Position numbers and translations under genes: made by a program. A stretch of DNA of 64,000 nucleotides from a virus. The notes beneath the pieces are model-generated. The model saw only the letters and a list, made by a program, of their open reading frames with translations, made no database searches and was not told where the DNA came from. The stretch lies in IMG/VR virus record IMGVR_UViG_3300035211_000050, positions 4,854-68,853 of that record; one strand, written 5' to 3'. Positions 1-9,554 of the stretch are shown here, piece after piece. The stretch's first letter is position 1; every line of letters starts with the position of its first letter.

Positions 1-53
1 AATCTATCACTGTCAGAAGATGTTTATTAAACCATTTAATTAAAAGGAGACAA

Positions 54-242
54 ATGATGAAAAATTTAGATGAATTATTAGAAGAATGGTCAGTATGTCC
101 TCCAGGTCTATGGGAAAATAATCACGGACCAAAAGAATGGTATGCAGTATGTAATAATGATGGTATTATTGCATATTTTGGCTCAGAAAAAGATGCTTTT
201 GGTTTCAGGCTTTTTAAGATTAATCAGTTACTAAATACATAA
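54..242 (+). CDS. hypothetical phage protein
   Basis: ORF with AAGGAG RBS upstream. Confidence 0.65.
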   Translation: MMKNLDELLEEWSVCPPGLWENNHGPKEWYAVCNNDGIIAYFGSEKDAFGFRLFKINQLLNT

Positions 243-294
243 AATTTCTAGCTATAAGAGGAAAAGCTAATAATTAATTAAAAAGGAGATCATC

Positions 295-570
295 ATGCCA
301 ACACCTTACAAATTACATAAAAAAGGCAATTATATCGGTCGCATAATCGCTATTGATTCAACAGATATGTACAGCAAACCAGACCATAAATACAGAATTC
401 TTGGAGCTGTAGGAGAAGTTGATAAAGTCAGTCATACAGGAAATGGCATGATTTCATGTTTTTTCTATCCTTTACAGCAGGCTAAAGAAAACAAAGGAAG
501 GAATATCTTTAATGCAGCTCCTTACTACTTCATCAAAGTAAGAGTCCAGAAAATCAAAGAAAAACTCTAA
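295..570 (+). CDS. hypothetical phage protein
   Basis: ORF with AAGGAG RBS. Confidence 0.65.
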   Translation: MPTPYKLHKKGNYIGRIIAIDSTDMYSKPDHKYRILGAVGEVDKVSHTGNGMISCFFYPLQQAKENKGRNIFNAAPYYFIKVRVQKIKEKL

Positions 571-588
571 AATTGGAGTCAGCAAAAA

Positions 589-807
589 ATGAAAAATATA
601 TGGGTAGCAATAAATCCAATAAATGATGATATCTTTCTACTGGAAAGTAGATCCATTCTTATAGAGTCTATAAAGCTTACATGGTCTAACACTGAAAGAC
701 CAATCATTGAAGAACAGCCCGGCAAAGTTATTGTATCTAACAAAGCAGGAAGAATATTATTAATTGCTACACTGAAAAGAATTGAAAACATTGTAACACA
801 TTTTTAA
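589..807 (+). CDS. hypothetical phage protein
   Basis: ORF in the + strand gene run, GGAG upstream. Confidence 0.6.
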   Translation: MKNIWVAINPINDDIFLLESRSILIESIKLTWSNTERPIIEEQPGKVIVSNKAGRILLIATLKRIENIVTHF

Positions 808-817
808 GGACCTCATA

Positions 818-1108
818 ATGGCAATACTGAAAGTTATTTATGCATCTGACCAAGCATGGCTTCAAAAATATTATGACGAAGCCACACACTGGCTACCTGA
901 AAATGATCTTAGCATCACACCATCTTATAAACCACCAGAAGTTATCTGCACTACAGCAGACACAATCCTTGAAACAATTGAAATATTGATCAAAAGTGGA
1001 CATCTAGCACATAATGAAGTAGTCTATCTTGTCGTAGAAAATCCAACTGTAACCATCGCTTATGTATTTAAGGAAGATGGCACTTTTAACAATTTTTTCA
1101 GAGTTTAA
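818..1108 (+). CDS. hypothetical phage protein
   Basis: ORF with AAGGA RBS. Confidence 0.6.
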   Translation: MAILKVIYASDQAWLQKYYDEATHWLPENDLSITPSYKPPEVICTTADTILETIEILIKSGHLAHNEVVYLVVENPTVTIAYVFKEDGTFNNFFRV

Positions 1109-1109
1109 T

Positions 1110-1364
1110 ATGCAAAGAATGAAAAAATTAATTCTATTTGACTTAACAATCATTTTTATTTTCATAATAACTTGTCATATTATTAATTGGTACAACATGC
1201 CAGCATATGCCATTGCCCCAACATTTAAACCATTACCAATAGAAATCAGGCATGCCATACTGAAATGTGGTCCATATTATCACTACAAAATATATCCAAA
1301 CGGCAAATTGATGGTTTTCATAAATGGAAAGTGGTTAAACTTAAATTATTCGGAGGATAAATAA
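1110..1364 (+). CDS. hypothetical membrane/secreted protein
   Basis: N-terminal hydrophobic stretch (LILFDLTIIFIFIITCHII); start moved to the ATG at 1110 to avoid overlap. Confidence 0.5.
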   Translation: MQRMKKLILFDLTIIFIFIITCHIINWYNMPAYAIAPTFKPLPIEIRHAILKCGPYYHYKIYPNGKLMVFINGKWLNLNYSEDK

Positions 1365-1513
1365 TGGATATTAAAACAAGAATTAGCATCTTAATGAAAT
1401 TATCATGGCCAGCCTTAAGACATTTGGCTAATAAATATGGCATAGATTGTACTGCTGATAAGAATCATACAGCTAAACTTATAGCAACTTATGAAGCATA
1501 TTATGTCAATTAA
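1364..1513 (+). CDS. small hypothetical protein (49 aa, MDIKTRISILMKLSWPALRHLANKYGIDC...)
   Basis: Not in the ORF track; GGAGG RBS and TAATG coupling to the upstream gene. Confidence 0.6.
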   Translation: MDIKTRISILMKLSWPALRHLANKYGIDCTADKNHTAKLIATYEAYYVN

Positions 1514-1862
1514 CGATAAGAAAGTAAGAGAGCAATTTAAAAAAGATAAAAAGTTATGTATTTTTCTATTCAGAAAACATTGGCAACGAATGGCTAATGG
1601 AAAAGATAAATTTATCGTTTATGGTGAATTAAGAAAAAAATACTCCAAGAGATTAAAAAACATTAAAGACACTGGAGCAGACTGCTTCTTATGTGATTTC
1701 AGAAATACTTATCGATATATCGTTAATAGTAATTTATGTTTGAAGACCTGCATAATAGATTGGAGTCCAAAAAAGAGTTGCCTTCAATGGCTTTGGCCAA
1801 CTAACAAACTTGCCATTTCAAAACTTCCAACAAGACCTATGAAAGATTTGGAATTAAAATAA
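1491..1862 (+). CDS. Cys-rich hypothetical protein
   Basis: CFLC...C..C motifs; resembles 4993..5400. Confidence 0.55.
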   Translation: MKHIMSINDKKVREQFKKDKKLCIFLFRKHWQRMANGKDKFIVYGELRKKYSKRLKNIKDTGADCFLCDFRNTYRYIVNSNLCLKTCIIDWSPKKSCLQWLWPTNKLAISKLPTRPMKDLELK

Positions 1863-1880
1863 TTTAAAAAGGAAATAATT

Positions 1881-2063
1881 ATGCAAAAACTAACAATCAC
1901 AATAGAGCGTAAAAATAATTCAGTTCATGGTGATTATTATGAAGTAACTTGTTGTGATCAATCAGAAAAGTTTATGGCTCGTACAGATGATAGAAAAGGA
2001 CAATTTACAGCAGGTCAAGCTGTAAAGAATTTTATCGAGAATGATTTAAATATAAAGGAGTAA
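1881..2063 (+). CDS. hypothetical phage protein
   Basis: ORF with AAGGA RBS. Confidence 0.6.
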   Translation: MQKLTITIERKNNSVHGDYYEVTCCDQSEKFMARTDDRKGQFTAGQAVKNFIENDLNIKE

Positions 2064-2068
2064 ACACC

Positions 2069-2419
2069 ATGCATTGTAAATACATAAAAGATCAAATCAG
2101 ATACGAACATCAGATTATTCCAGGAATGCTTATTACTGAAGTATACTTTGCACACGATCCAAAAAAGATTTTTTCTCAAACATTCAAAGTTGATCACATT
2201 GAAGAACATGCAGGATTTAGACCTAAATCAAAGTTTATTCATTACTTAAGACACTCCTTTCATAATGATCAATTATGTTCCGATTATATATCTTTAGCTG
2301 ATCATAATGTTCATCCATATGGTGGATATAATGACAACTTCTTCCGTTATCCAACAATTCAGGAAATCATAGCATTCAATAAAAGGAACAATCAAAATGT
2401 CAACGATTCAAGTAACTAA
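2069..2419 (+). CDS. hypothetical phage protein
   Basis: ORF with AAGGAG RBS. Confidence 0.6.
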   Translation: MHCKYIKDQIRYEHQIIPGMLITEVYFAHDPKKIFSQTFKVDHIEEHAGFRPKSKFIHYLRHSFHNDQLCSDYISLADHNVHPYGGYNDNFFRYPTIQEIIAFNKRNNQNVNDSSN

Positions 2420-2606
2420 GCAATTTACAGCAGGCCCACTTAACGGAATATCTGTCACAGAAACAGTTATTACAAACTTCCCCAATCTTTGGGTAGTTGG
2501 CACTGAAAGAATAGATTACATTACAGAAATACCATATAATGTAACAAATGTTGAATTTATGAATAAAAAAACTGAAAAGGAGTATGAAAATGTCCAAACC
2601 GTTTAA
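2397..2606 (+). CDS. hypothetical phage protein
   Basis: ORF with AAGGA RBS. Confidence 0.55.
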   Translation: MSTIQVTKQFTAGPLNGISVTETVITNFPNLWVVGTERIDYITEIPYNVTNVEFMNKKTEKEYENVQTV

Positions 2607-2820
2607 GTACAATCAATTAAGTAGGATCAGCTGTGCGAAATGTGGAAAGAAGGTTAAATTAAATGTACTGGCAAGGAAGCCAGAAACAAGGCTTTGTTAT
2701 AGATGTGGAGCAGATCAAAATAAGAATTCAACTGCTAGAGATGTTAGAAACAATCCAGCCTTGAAACGCAGACAATTACACTACAACCTCAAGAGTCAAG
2801 GCAAAGCAAATATAAAATAA
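2584..2820 (+). CDS. DksA/TraR-type C4 zinc-finger protein
   Basis: CAKC-x17-CYRC with ARKPETRLC, i.e. Cx2Cx17Cx2C spacing. Confidence 0.5.
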   Translation: MKMSKPFKYNQLSRISCAKCGKKVKLNVLARKPETRLCYRCGADQNKNSTARDVRNNPALKRRQLHYNLKSQGKANIK

Positions 2821-2838
2821 AATTAAAAGGATCTAATC

Positions 2839-3192
2839 ATGCTCCCATATCAGAAAGCAGAAAAGATTGCCGAACTTCAAGAAAAGAAGAAAGCTCTAAA
2901 AGAAGAAGTCAATAGAGCTTTTAAAAGAAGTACAGATTATTACCACTTACATAAGGCAGCAGAAGCCAAATATGATAAACTTAAAAATCAATATGAAGCT
3001 TTAGATCGGGAAGAAAAGTTTCTTTCAATAAATATAACCAGAGAAACAATAAAAGATCCTACTAAGCCAAAAGAGAAAAAAGTTACTCCAGTTGATCCAA
3101 AAGCTCAGGCATTAAAGGCTTTAAATAATTTGCCACCAGCTGTTAGAGCAAAAATAATCGCTGGATTTAACAAGAAGAAGGAGAATGAATAA
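2839..3192 (+). CDS. coiled-coil protein with C-terminal AL..LPP..R motif
   Basis: RBS; C-terminal motif shared with 12359..12748. Confidence 0.65.
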   Translation: MLPYQKAEKIAELQEKKKALKEEVNRAFKRSTDYYHLHKAAEAKYDKLKNQYEALDREEKFLSINITRETIKDPTKPKEKKVTPVDPKAQALKALNNLPPAVRAKIIAGFNKKKENE

Positions 3193-3559
3193 TATGAAAA
3201 TTATAGAAAAAGCTTCACCAAAGAAAAAACTTACTATGCCAAAATTTAACATAGGAGATATAGTATGTATGAAAGATGATTTTTCTTTCAATCCATGTTA
3301 TAAAACTATGTCGATTGGGAAAATTGAAGCTATTCATATGCAAGTAGGGAATGAATTTGGTGCCAGATTTAATAGAAGACTTAACTCTTATGTAAGTAAA
3401 AGTTGTTTTGGCAGAATACTATATTCAATTTCAGGATTCTCTTTAATGCCTGATGAAGATAAAATAGAACTCTTCACTAAGAAACATCTTAAAATTATGG
3501 CATCTTGGAAAAATTTATCAGATGAACAATTTACAAAAATTAGACTAAAAGGAAAATAA
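3185..3559 (+). CDS. hypothetical protein (SH3/KOW-like start KFNIGDIV)
   Basis: AAGGAG RBS; KFNIGDIV motif. Confidence 0.55.
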   Translation: MNNMKIIEKASPKKKLTMPKFNIGDIVCMKDDFSFNPCYKTMSIGKIEAIHMQVGNEFGARFNRRLNSYVSKSCFGRILYSISGFSLMPDEDKIELFTKKHLKIMASWKNLSDEQFTKIRLKGK

Positions 3560-3562
3560 AAA

Positions 3563-3751
3563 ATGATCAGTAAAAGAACACTTGAGAAATGGCGCAAAGA
3601 GTCACTAAAAGTGCAGTCAGAGGAGCTTAATAATGAACAGATTCAAATAGAATCTAGAGCAGATATGTATACTGTTTTAAAAGAGTTTAATTCTAGAATT
3701 ATTAAATTGACTCAAGAACTGTTAGATCAGCAACTTTTAAACAAGAAATAA
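3563..3751 (+). CDS. hypothetical phage protein
   Basis: ORF coupled to its neighbours. Confidence 0.6.
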   Translation: MISKRTLEKWRKESLKVQSEELNNEQIQIESRADMYTVLKEFNSRIIKLTQELLDQQLLNKK

Positions 3752-3762
3752 GGAGGCCAAGC

Positions 3763-4110
3763 ATGGCAATCAGAACAAAAGAAAAATATGACAGAATTCA
3801 CGCACCTTTGAAACCAAAAAGCAGAGTTAAAAAGAAAGCAAAACTGATTATTATAGACACAGTCAGAAATCCTATCAAGAAACTCATTCCTTTCATTCCT
3901 GATAAGGATAAAAGTCCAAAGCCAGTCTCACCAAGAACATTCAAAAGAAATATTAATCCACTTTCTTTATTGGAAATGTTTATACCCTCTTTTAAAGGTG
4001 GCAAGCCAATATATCCTTCTTCATTAAAAGGAGCAAAAAAGCATGCCGGAGAAGTCAGGCGAATCAAAAAGAATCAGCGCCGTCGTGCATATTTAAGATT
4101 GTGCAGATAA
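3763..4110 (+). CDS. highly basic hypothetical protein
   Basis: AAGGAGG RBS; K/R-rich. Confidence 0.6.
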   Translation: MAIRTKEKYDRIHAPLKPKSRVKKKAKLIIIDTVRNPIKKLIPFIPDKDKSPKPVSPRTFKRNINPLSLLEMFIPSFKGGKPIYPSSLKGAKKHAGEVRRIKKNQRRRAYLRLCR

Positions 4111-4124
4111 TTTGTAAAATAAAA

Positions 4125-4152
4125 ACTTGCTGTTCATTTTTGAACGGCCATT
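4125..4152. promoter_or_regulatory. 28-bp palindromic site, copy 1 (acttgctgttc attttt gaacggccatt)
   Basis: GTTCA-N4-TGAAC core with conserved flanks, found 5 times in the window. Confidence 0.75.
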
Positions 4153-4169
4153 ATTTAAGGTAATAAATC

Positions 4170-4418
4170 ATGCAAAAAGCAAAAATTGACATTCAGCCTC
4201 AAAATACAAGATCATACACACTGATGGCTTTTCATGCATTAAATGGCCAAACCGGAAGTATTGTAAAAACAAATGAAATTGAAGGACTAAAGACTGAGCG
4301 TGTTCTAATTAAGTTTGATAAACCAATTGATGGCTTCTACAAGCATGGGACAAAACATACTTATTTTTGGTTCAACAAAGAAGATGTCAAAATACTTTCA
4401 GAAAAGGAACCATCATGA
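4170..4418 (+). CDS. hypothetical phage protein
   Basis: ORF with AAGGT RBS. Confidence 0.6.
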   Translation: MQKAKIDIQPQNTRSYTLMAFHALNGQTGSIVKTNEIEGLKTERVLIKFDKPIDGFYKHGTKHTYFWFNKEDVKILSEKEPS

Positions 4419-4600
4419 AAATATTAAAAACCTTATGGATTAAATTCAATTGTTTCATCGGTAATCATGATTGGACTTGCAAAGCTGAACAAGGCATCAA
4501 GCCAACAGAAGAAGAATTGAGAGATCCCATTGCAGGATTTAAACTTTATGCTGGAATGTATTGCAAGCATTGCGGTCGTATTAGCAGATTGTCATTATAA
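4415..4600 (+). CDS. DUF1660-like small Zn-binding phage protein
   Basis: CFIGNHDW...CKHCG pattern; start at the ATG at 4415 after AAGGA. Confidence 0.55.
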   Translation: MKILKTLWIKFNCFIGNHDWTCKAEQGIKPTEEELRDPIAGFKLYAGMYCKHCGRISRLSL

Positions 4601-4620
4601 CAACTTTTAGGAGAATAAAA

Positions 4621-4977
4621 ATGCCAAATCCAACAATAACTTTCAGACTATCTCCAAATCAAATAGCTCGCGGTCTTCAGGTTATTCGTAACCTTGAACC
4701 AAACTATCAACTTACCAGCATTTCAAAAATTGTTAAAACAATTTATCTTGATTATCTGGCAAAGATGACAGTAAACAAAGCGATTAATGTTCCACAAGAA
4801 TATTTGGATGAAGTAAATATCCTGTTAGAAGGGACGCAGAAAAACTCAATAAAGAATTTCGATGCTCTCAAAGAATTTATTCAAACAAAAGAGGAAGAAA
4901 ATGAAGAGATTCAAGAAGAGCCATCTGTAATTAATAGTGTAGAAGATTTCAGTCCACCAAATGATTGGGATATTTAA
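4621..4977 (+). CDS. ribbon-helix-helix-like DNA-binding protein
   Basis: N-terminal ITFRLSP strand plus two helices (SISKIVK); paralog of 6482..6757. Confidence 0.5.
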   Translation: MPNPTITFRLSPNQIARGLQVIRNLEPNYQLTSISKIVKTIYLDYLAKMTVNKAINVPQEYLDEVNILLEGTQKNSIKNFDALKEFIQTKEEENEEIQEEPSVINSVEDFSPPNDWDI

Positions 4978-4992
4978 AAGGAGATATTATAA

Positions 4993-5400
4993 ATGAGAGA
5001 TTTAGCAGAAATCAAAGAAGATATTGAACTTTTACGCAAAGCAGTAAAGAAATGGTCATTAATATCTGTCGGCCTAGGTGAAGATTTGGCATCAAGAAAT
5101 TGTGCCTTATGTCAAGAATATAATCACCTTGGCTGCAGTAAAACATTTGTGCCAATAATTTCATGTCCTATAGCATCTTATACTCATTGTGATTCATACT
5201 CCTTCATGGCTTGTGGATGCACAAATACTCCATGGCAAGACTGGTCAAAGCATCAACTATTTATGCACAATACACATACTAGATATTCCAGAACAGTTAA
5301 ATGTTCCATATGCCGTGAACTTGCCAATAAAGAACTTATGTTCCTTCAAAAGGTATTAGAAATTAATCTAGCAGAATATAAAAAATTAAAAGGAGCATAA
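4993..5400 (+). CDS. Cys-rich hypothetical protein
   Basis: CALC..C..CPI..C..C motifs. Confidence 0.6.
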   Translation: MRDLAEIKEDIELLRKAVKKWSLISVGLGEDLASRNCALCQEYNHLGCSKTFVPIISCPIASYTHCDSYSFMACGCTNTPWQDWSKHQLFMHNTHTRYSRTVKCSICRELANKELMFLQKVLEINLAEYKKLKGA

Positions 5401-5403
5401 TCT

Positions 5404-5676
5404 ATGGATAGAATCAGAGTAAATAACGTCCTCCAAGGAAAAGTTGTCCTCAGAGATAAAAATTATGCCATCAGTTTTGTAACAAACTATGGAGTGGTAA
5501 CAGTTCGCATGTTTGAACTTGATAAGTTTCTTGAACAAAATCCGCACTTAAAACCAATCATGCAAAGCTCTGTAATTGAAGCCGATCAAATCATTGGAAA
5601 ATACATAAATGTCAGGGATAAGGCAGCAAAGTATTTTACAAAAGCTAATGAAGAAATCAGAATCAGGCTTTTCTAA
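5404..5676 (+). CDS. hypothetical phage protein
   Basis: AAGGAG RBS. Confidence 0.65.
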   Translation: MDRIRVNNVLQGKVVLRDKNYAISFVTNYGVVTVRMFELDKFLEQNPHLKPIMQSSVIEADQIIGKYINVRDKAAKYFTKANEEIRIRLF

Positions 5677-5695
5677 TTAATTGAAGGAACTCAAA

Positions 5696-6019
5696 ATGGA
5701 TCTAGAAAAAATAATTAAAGAAGAAGCTCCAAAGGCAGGCACTAATGATAGTCATGATAATGCTTATGCAGAAGCTTTAAGAAATGCTTATATAAAATAT
5801 AAAGATATTTTAACTAAAGAAGAAATAGAATTTCGTTGGAATATAGTCAAAGCTAAATATGATGGAACTCATAAATCAGTTGCAGAAACAATGATCTTAT
5901 ATTATTTATATGATGAAAAATTATTAGAAGAAAAAGAAAAGTTTAATCAAATTATAAATCAAATAACACTTATAGCTTTTATGATTAGTTTAATAATTTG
6001 TATTCTTGTTAAATGCTAA
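5696..6019 (+). CDS. hypothetical protein with C-terminal TM helix
   Basis: ITLIAFMISLIICILV; start at the ATG at 5696. Confidence 0.55.
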   Translation: MDLEKIIKEEAPKAGTNDSHDNAYAEALRNAYIKYKDILTKEEIEFRWNIVKAKYDGTHKSVAETMILYYLYDEKLLEEKEKFNQIINQITLIAFMISLIICILVKC

Positions 6020-6025
6020 AAGAGA

Positions 6026-6250
6026 ATGATCATGAGATATTTAAATTCTATTAATGGTTTTCGCTGGATTTCTATAGGAAATAATGATCAAAGTCTTGCA
6101 AAAACCAATATTTGTGGAGAAGTATTTTGGATCAGAGAATGTGAAAAACAAGAGAATGGATTTTGGAAAGGTATTGTTGATAATACTTTACTTTTTACAG
6201 ATCAACATGGTCTTAATCTTAATGATGAAGTTATATTCATAATTTCATAG
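6026..6250 (+). CDS. hypothetical phage protein
   Basis: ORF in gene run. Confidence 0.55.
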   Translation: MIMRYLNSINGFRWISIGNNDQSLAKTNICGEVFWIRECEKQENGFWKGIVDNTLLFTDQHGLNLNDEVIFIIS

Positions 6251-6261
6251 GAGAATTAATC

Positions 6262-6468
6262 ATGTCTTTATGGCAAAAATGGGATGGTAAAACAGATTTA
6301 GCTATGGTTGTTTTAGTAAAAACAGAAGATAATATTGTTATTACAGCTCAACAAGCAAAAGGATTAAATAATTATTGGGTAATTTATATTCCTGGAACAC
6401 CTATACTATTTCAGCCAAGACTTGAATCAAAAGTAATAGAATATATCGATCTTAATTGTTTAAATTGA
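6262..6468 (+). CDS. hypothetical phage protein
   Basis: AGGAG RBS. Confidence 0.6.
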   Translation: MSLWQKWDGKTDLAMVVLVKTEDNIVITAQQAKGLNNYWVIYIPGTPILFQPRLESKVIEYIDLNCLN

Positions 6469-6481
6469 AAGGAGTTTCAAA

Positions 6482-6757
6482 ATGTCTACAACCCCAATAA
6501 CTTTTCGACTTTCACCAGAAGATTTGGCCAGCGCATTAGAAGGACTTATTGATAACGGTCATAAAGAAGAAGATTTAAATTCAATAACTTCTATTGTCAG
6601 GACAACTTTCTTTTATGGTCTAATATATTTAAAGAAGAATCCTCAGAAAATAGCCAATGATTCGTCTTTAAAAAAGATTAAGCAAATCATGATTCAAAAC
6701 AAGCAGAACAAAACTATCGGCATTAAGGATATTATGAATAAAACAAATGAAGTATAA
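6482..6757 (+). CDS. ribbon-helix-helix-like DNA-binding protein
   Basis: ITFRLSP...SITSIVR; paralog of 4621..4977. Confidence 0.5.
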   Translation: MSTTPITFRLSPEDLASALEGLIDNGHKEEDLNSITSIVRTTFFYGLIYLKKNPQKIANDSSLKKIKQIMIQNKQNKTIGIKDIMNKTNEV

Positions 6758-6785
6758 AAATCAATCTTAAAAAGGAGAAAAAATT

Positions 6786-8840
6786 ATGTTTAGCAAAATG
6801 AAAAAGGAGTTTCAAGTGCATGTAACCACCATGCTAAGAAGCCAGACGCATTTGTTTCTTGTCAATGCTGACAAGGACGAATTATGGAGACTTTACCTTG
6901 AAAGTTTTCCAGAAGACAATAACAGAACTTTTCGTAAGCGCAGGGAACATGACTGCTCTTGCTGCCGACATTTCATTAAGAGATTCGGCAACATTGTGGC
7001 AATCAGAGATGACAAATTTATTTCAATCTGGGATTTTGAGTCTAATCAGGAAGAATACAATCCGTCATTAAAGGCAATGTCAGAATACATTCACAAGTGT
7101 GAAATTACTGAAGTTTTTATAACTTCAAATGGCAATCTTGGCACTGATAAAAATCATGAACAGCTTAATTCATCAGAGATACTCACATGGGAACATTTCC
7201 ATTTCAGACTGCCTGATTCTTTTGTAGTACATGTAAAAGAGGTAGAATTAAACAGATTGCGCGGACAGTTTCGAGATGATAGAAACGTATTTCTGAGAGC
7301 ATTAACAGAAATAACGCCAGAAGCTATTGAAACTGTCTTGGAATTAATTCAGCAAAAAACTCTTTACAAAGGTCAGGAATGGAAAGCGATTCTTTTAAAT
7401 TTGCAAAGGCTTCAAAAAGAATCCAAGACATTTGATAATGTTGGTGTCTGGGCATGGGAAAGAGCCATTGTAGTTGGCCCTGTTGTAAGCAGAATCCGCA
7501 ACCACAGTATTGGAGTACTTCTTCAAGACATTAGTAAAGGAATTGATTTGAATGATGCAGTTTCAAGATATGAAAAGATCGTAGCACCTTCAAATTATAA
7601 AAGACCAAAAGCAATTTTCACTACCAAAATGCTTCAGGATGCTCAAGATAAGATTGTCGAACTTGGTCTTGAAAACAGCCTCGGCAGGCGCTATGCCAAG
7701 ATTGAAGATATCACAGTAAATAATATCCTATTCGGTAACAAGGATACTATAAAAAAGCTTAGCAATTTTGAGCAGGTTTTCGATAATATGGCTAAAGATA
7801 CTCCGACAAAAGTACCAAATCTTGACAGATTATCTATTGTTGAAATTGATGATTTCATTTCTAATATAATGCCAAAATTAACCAATGTTGAAATTCTTAT
7901 GGAAAACAGGCTTGAGCAGAACCTTGTATCTCTAATTGCTCCCATAGATAAGAATGCACCAACACTTTTTAAGTGGGATAATGCATTCTCATGGGCCTAT
8001 AATGGCAACATGACAGACTCAATGAAACAGCGTGTTCAAAAGGCAGGCGGTAACATAAATGGTGTTCTGCGTTTCAGCATTATGTGGAACGAAGCTGGTG
8101 ATAATAACAATGATTTCGATGCTCATGCCGTGGAACCAAAAGGTGATCATATTTTCTTCAAAAATAAGGGAAGAAAACACCCAAGTTCTGGAATGCTAGA
8201 TGTAGATATTACAAGACCATTTGATTTACATCAAGTTCCTGATGGTGGCGCTGCTGTAGAGAATATTGTATGGACAGATAAAAATCATATGCTTGAAGGT
8301 ATTTATCGTTTTTATGTCCATAACTTCAGTCATAACGGAGGAAAAACCGGCTTCAGTGCTGAGATTGAATTTGATGGAACTATTCATAAATTCCATTATA
8401 ACAGAGAATTGCGAAATGATGAAAATATTGCTGTAGCTGAAGTAATTTTACAGGATAACAAATTTACAATAAAGCCAGCATTACCATCAACTACAGCAAG
8501 CAAAAAACTGTGGAACATTTCAACACAGCACTTTCATCCAGTATCCACTATCATGTATAGCCCAAATTACTGGAATGAGCAGAAGGGTATCGGCCACAGG
8601 CACGTATTCTTTATGATTAACGACTGCCTGAATGATTCAAATCCAAATGGATTCTTCAATGAATTTCTCAAAGAAGATTTTATGGAATATAAAAGAGTTT
8701 TTGAAGCTCTAGGAAGTAAAATGCATGTAAAGGAGGATGAGAATCAATTATCTGGACTTGGTTTCAGTACAACTAAGCACGATTATGTAGTTCTTCGTAT
8801 TATTGGAAGTTTTAATCGTGTTATCAAAGTAAATTTTTAA
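6786..8840 (+). CDS. large conserved phage protein (HDCSCC N-terminus; YfaP/DUF2135-like DxDxH...LDVD domain)
   Basis: 684-aa ORF with strong RBS; motifs HDCSCCRHF, DFDAHAVEP, GMLDVD, VENIVW. Confidence 0.6.
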   Translation: MFSKMKKEFQVHVTTMLRSQTHLFLVNADKDELWRLYLESFPEDNNRTFRKRREHDCSCCRHFIKRFGNIVAIRDDKFISIWDFESNQEEYNPSLKAMSEYIHKCEITEVFITSNGNLGTDKNHEQLNSSEILTWEHFHFRLPDSFVVHVKEVELNRLRGQFRDDRNVFLRALTEITPEAIETVLELIQQKTLYKGQEWKAILLNLQRLQKESKTFDNVGVWAWERAIVVGPVVSRIRNHSIGVLLQDISKGIDLNDAVSRYEKIVAPSNYKRPKAIFTTKMLQDAQDKIVELGLENSLGRRYAKIEDITVNNILFGNKDTIKKLSNFEQVFDNMAKDTPTKVPNLDRLSIVEIDDFISNIMPKLTNVEILMENRLEQNLVSLIAPIDKNAPTLFKWDNAFSWAYNGNMTDSMKQRVQKAGGNINGVLRFSIMWNEAGDNNNDFDAHAVEPKGDHIFFKNKGRKHPSSGMLDVDITRPFDLHQVPDGGAAVENIVWTDKNHMLEGIYRFYVHNFSHNGGKTGFSAEIEFDGTIHKFHYNRELRNDENIAVAEVILQDNKFTIKPALPSTTASKKLWNISTQHFHPVSTIMYSPNYWNEQKGIGHRHVFFMINDCLNDSNPNGFFNEFLKEDFMEYKRVFEALGSKMHVKEDENQLSGLGFSTTKHDYVVLRIIGSFNRVIKVNF

Positions 8841-8868
8841 CAGACCAAATGGTCAAAGGAGACACAAA

Positions 8869-9249
8869 ATGAATATTTTTGAACAAGCAGCAAAAACAAA
8901 ACTTCGCATCAATTACAAAGGTTTGATTACAGCAGAAGATCTATATGATCTAACTATGAATGAGCTGAATGAGATTTACATTACTACAAATAAAGTCCTA
9001 AAAGACATGTCTTCTGAGGGCCTTATTTCAGAACCAGATGCTTCTAAAGGAACTGAAGGATTGCAGCTCATACTCGATCTGGTCAAGCATGTCTTTAAAG
9101 ACAAGGAAAATGCAATGAAAGCCAAGCAGGATGAAGCGGCTCGCAAAGAAAAGAAGAGACGTATCATGGAAATTATCGCTGATAAAGAGGATGCTTCCCT
9201 GATGAGGAAGTCAAAAACAGATCTGTTGAAAATGCTGGAAGACCTGTAA
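8869..9249 (+). CDS. conserved helical partner of the 684-aa protein
   Basis: MNIFEQA..KLR..YKG.I..EDL.DL pattern; AAGGAG RBS. Confidence 0.65.
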   Translation: MNIFEQAAKTKLRINYKGLITAEDLYDLTMNELNEIYITTNKVLKDMSSEGLISEPDASKGTEGLQLILDLVKHVFKDKENAMKAKQDEAARKEKKRRIMEIIADKEDASLMRKSKTDLLKMLEDL

Positions 9250-9259
9250 ACCTATTTTA

Positions 9260-9299
9260 TAGGGACATTAATTAGCTAGATATAAAATTAGTGTCCCTA
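9260..9299 (+). terminator. stem-loop / probable terminator after the 684/126-aa gene pair
   Basis: 14-bp stem tagggacattaatt / aattagtgtcccta with one G-U pair; no clear U-tract. Confidence 0.55.
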
Positions 9300-9321
9300 A
9301 TATATTAAGTTAAGAAATATT

Positions 9322-9513
9322 ATGGTTTCATATCAACGTAATTGGCAGATTAAAAAGATAGCTCAAGGACTATGTAAAATTTGTGGAAAAGAAAAGATAT
9401 TCAAAGCACAAAGATGTGAAAAGTGTTATGAAAAACATCTAATGTATGCTAATGGTTGGAAAGGTATTAAATGGGAAACTCAGCAAAAGAAAAAAGACAA
9501 ATGTCATGCTTAA
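9322..9513 (+). CDS. small Zn-finger protein
   Basis: GLCKICGK...RCEKC. Confidence 0.5.
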   Translation: MVSYQRNWQIKKIAQGLCKICGKEKIFKAQRCEKCYEKHLMYANGWKGIKWETQQKKKDKCHA

Positions 9514-9554
9514 TAAACCAATTAAAATTTTTAATATTTAAGGAGTGTCAAAAA

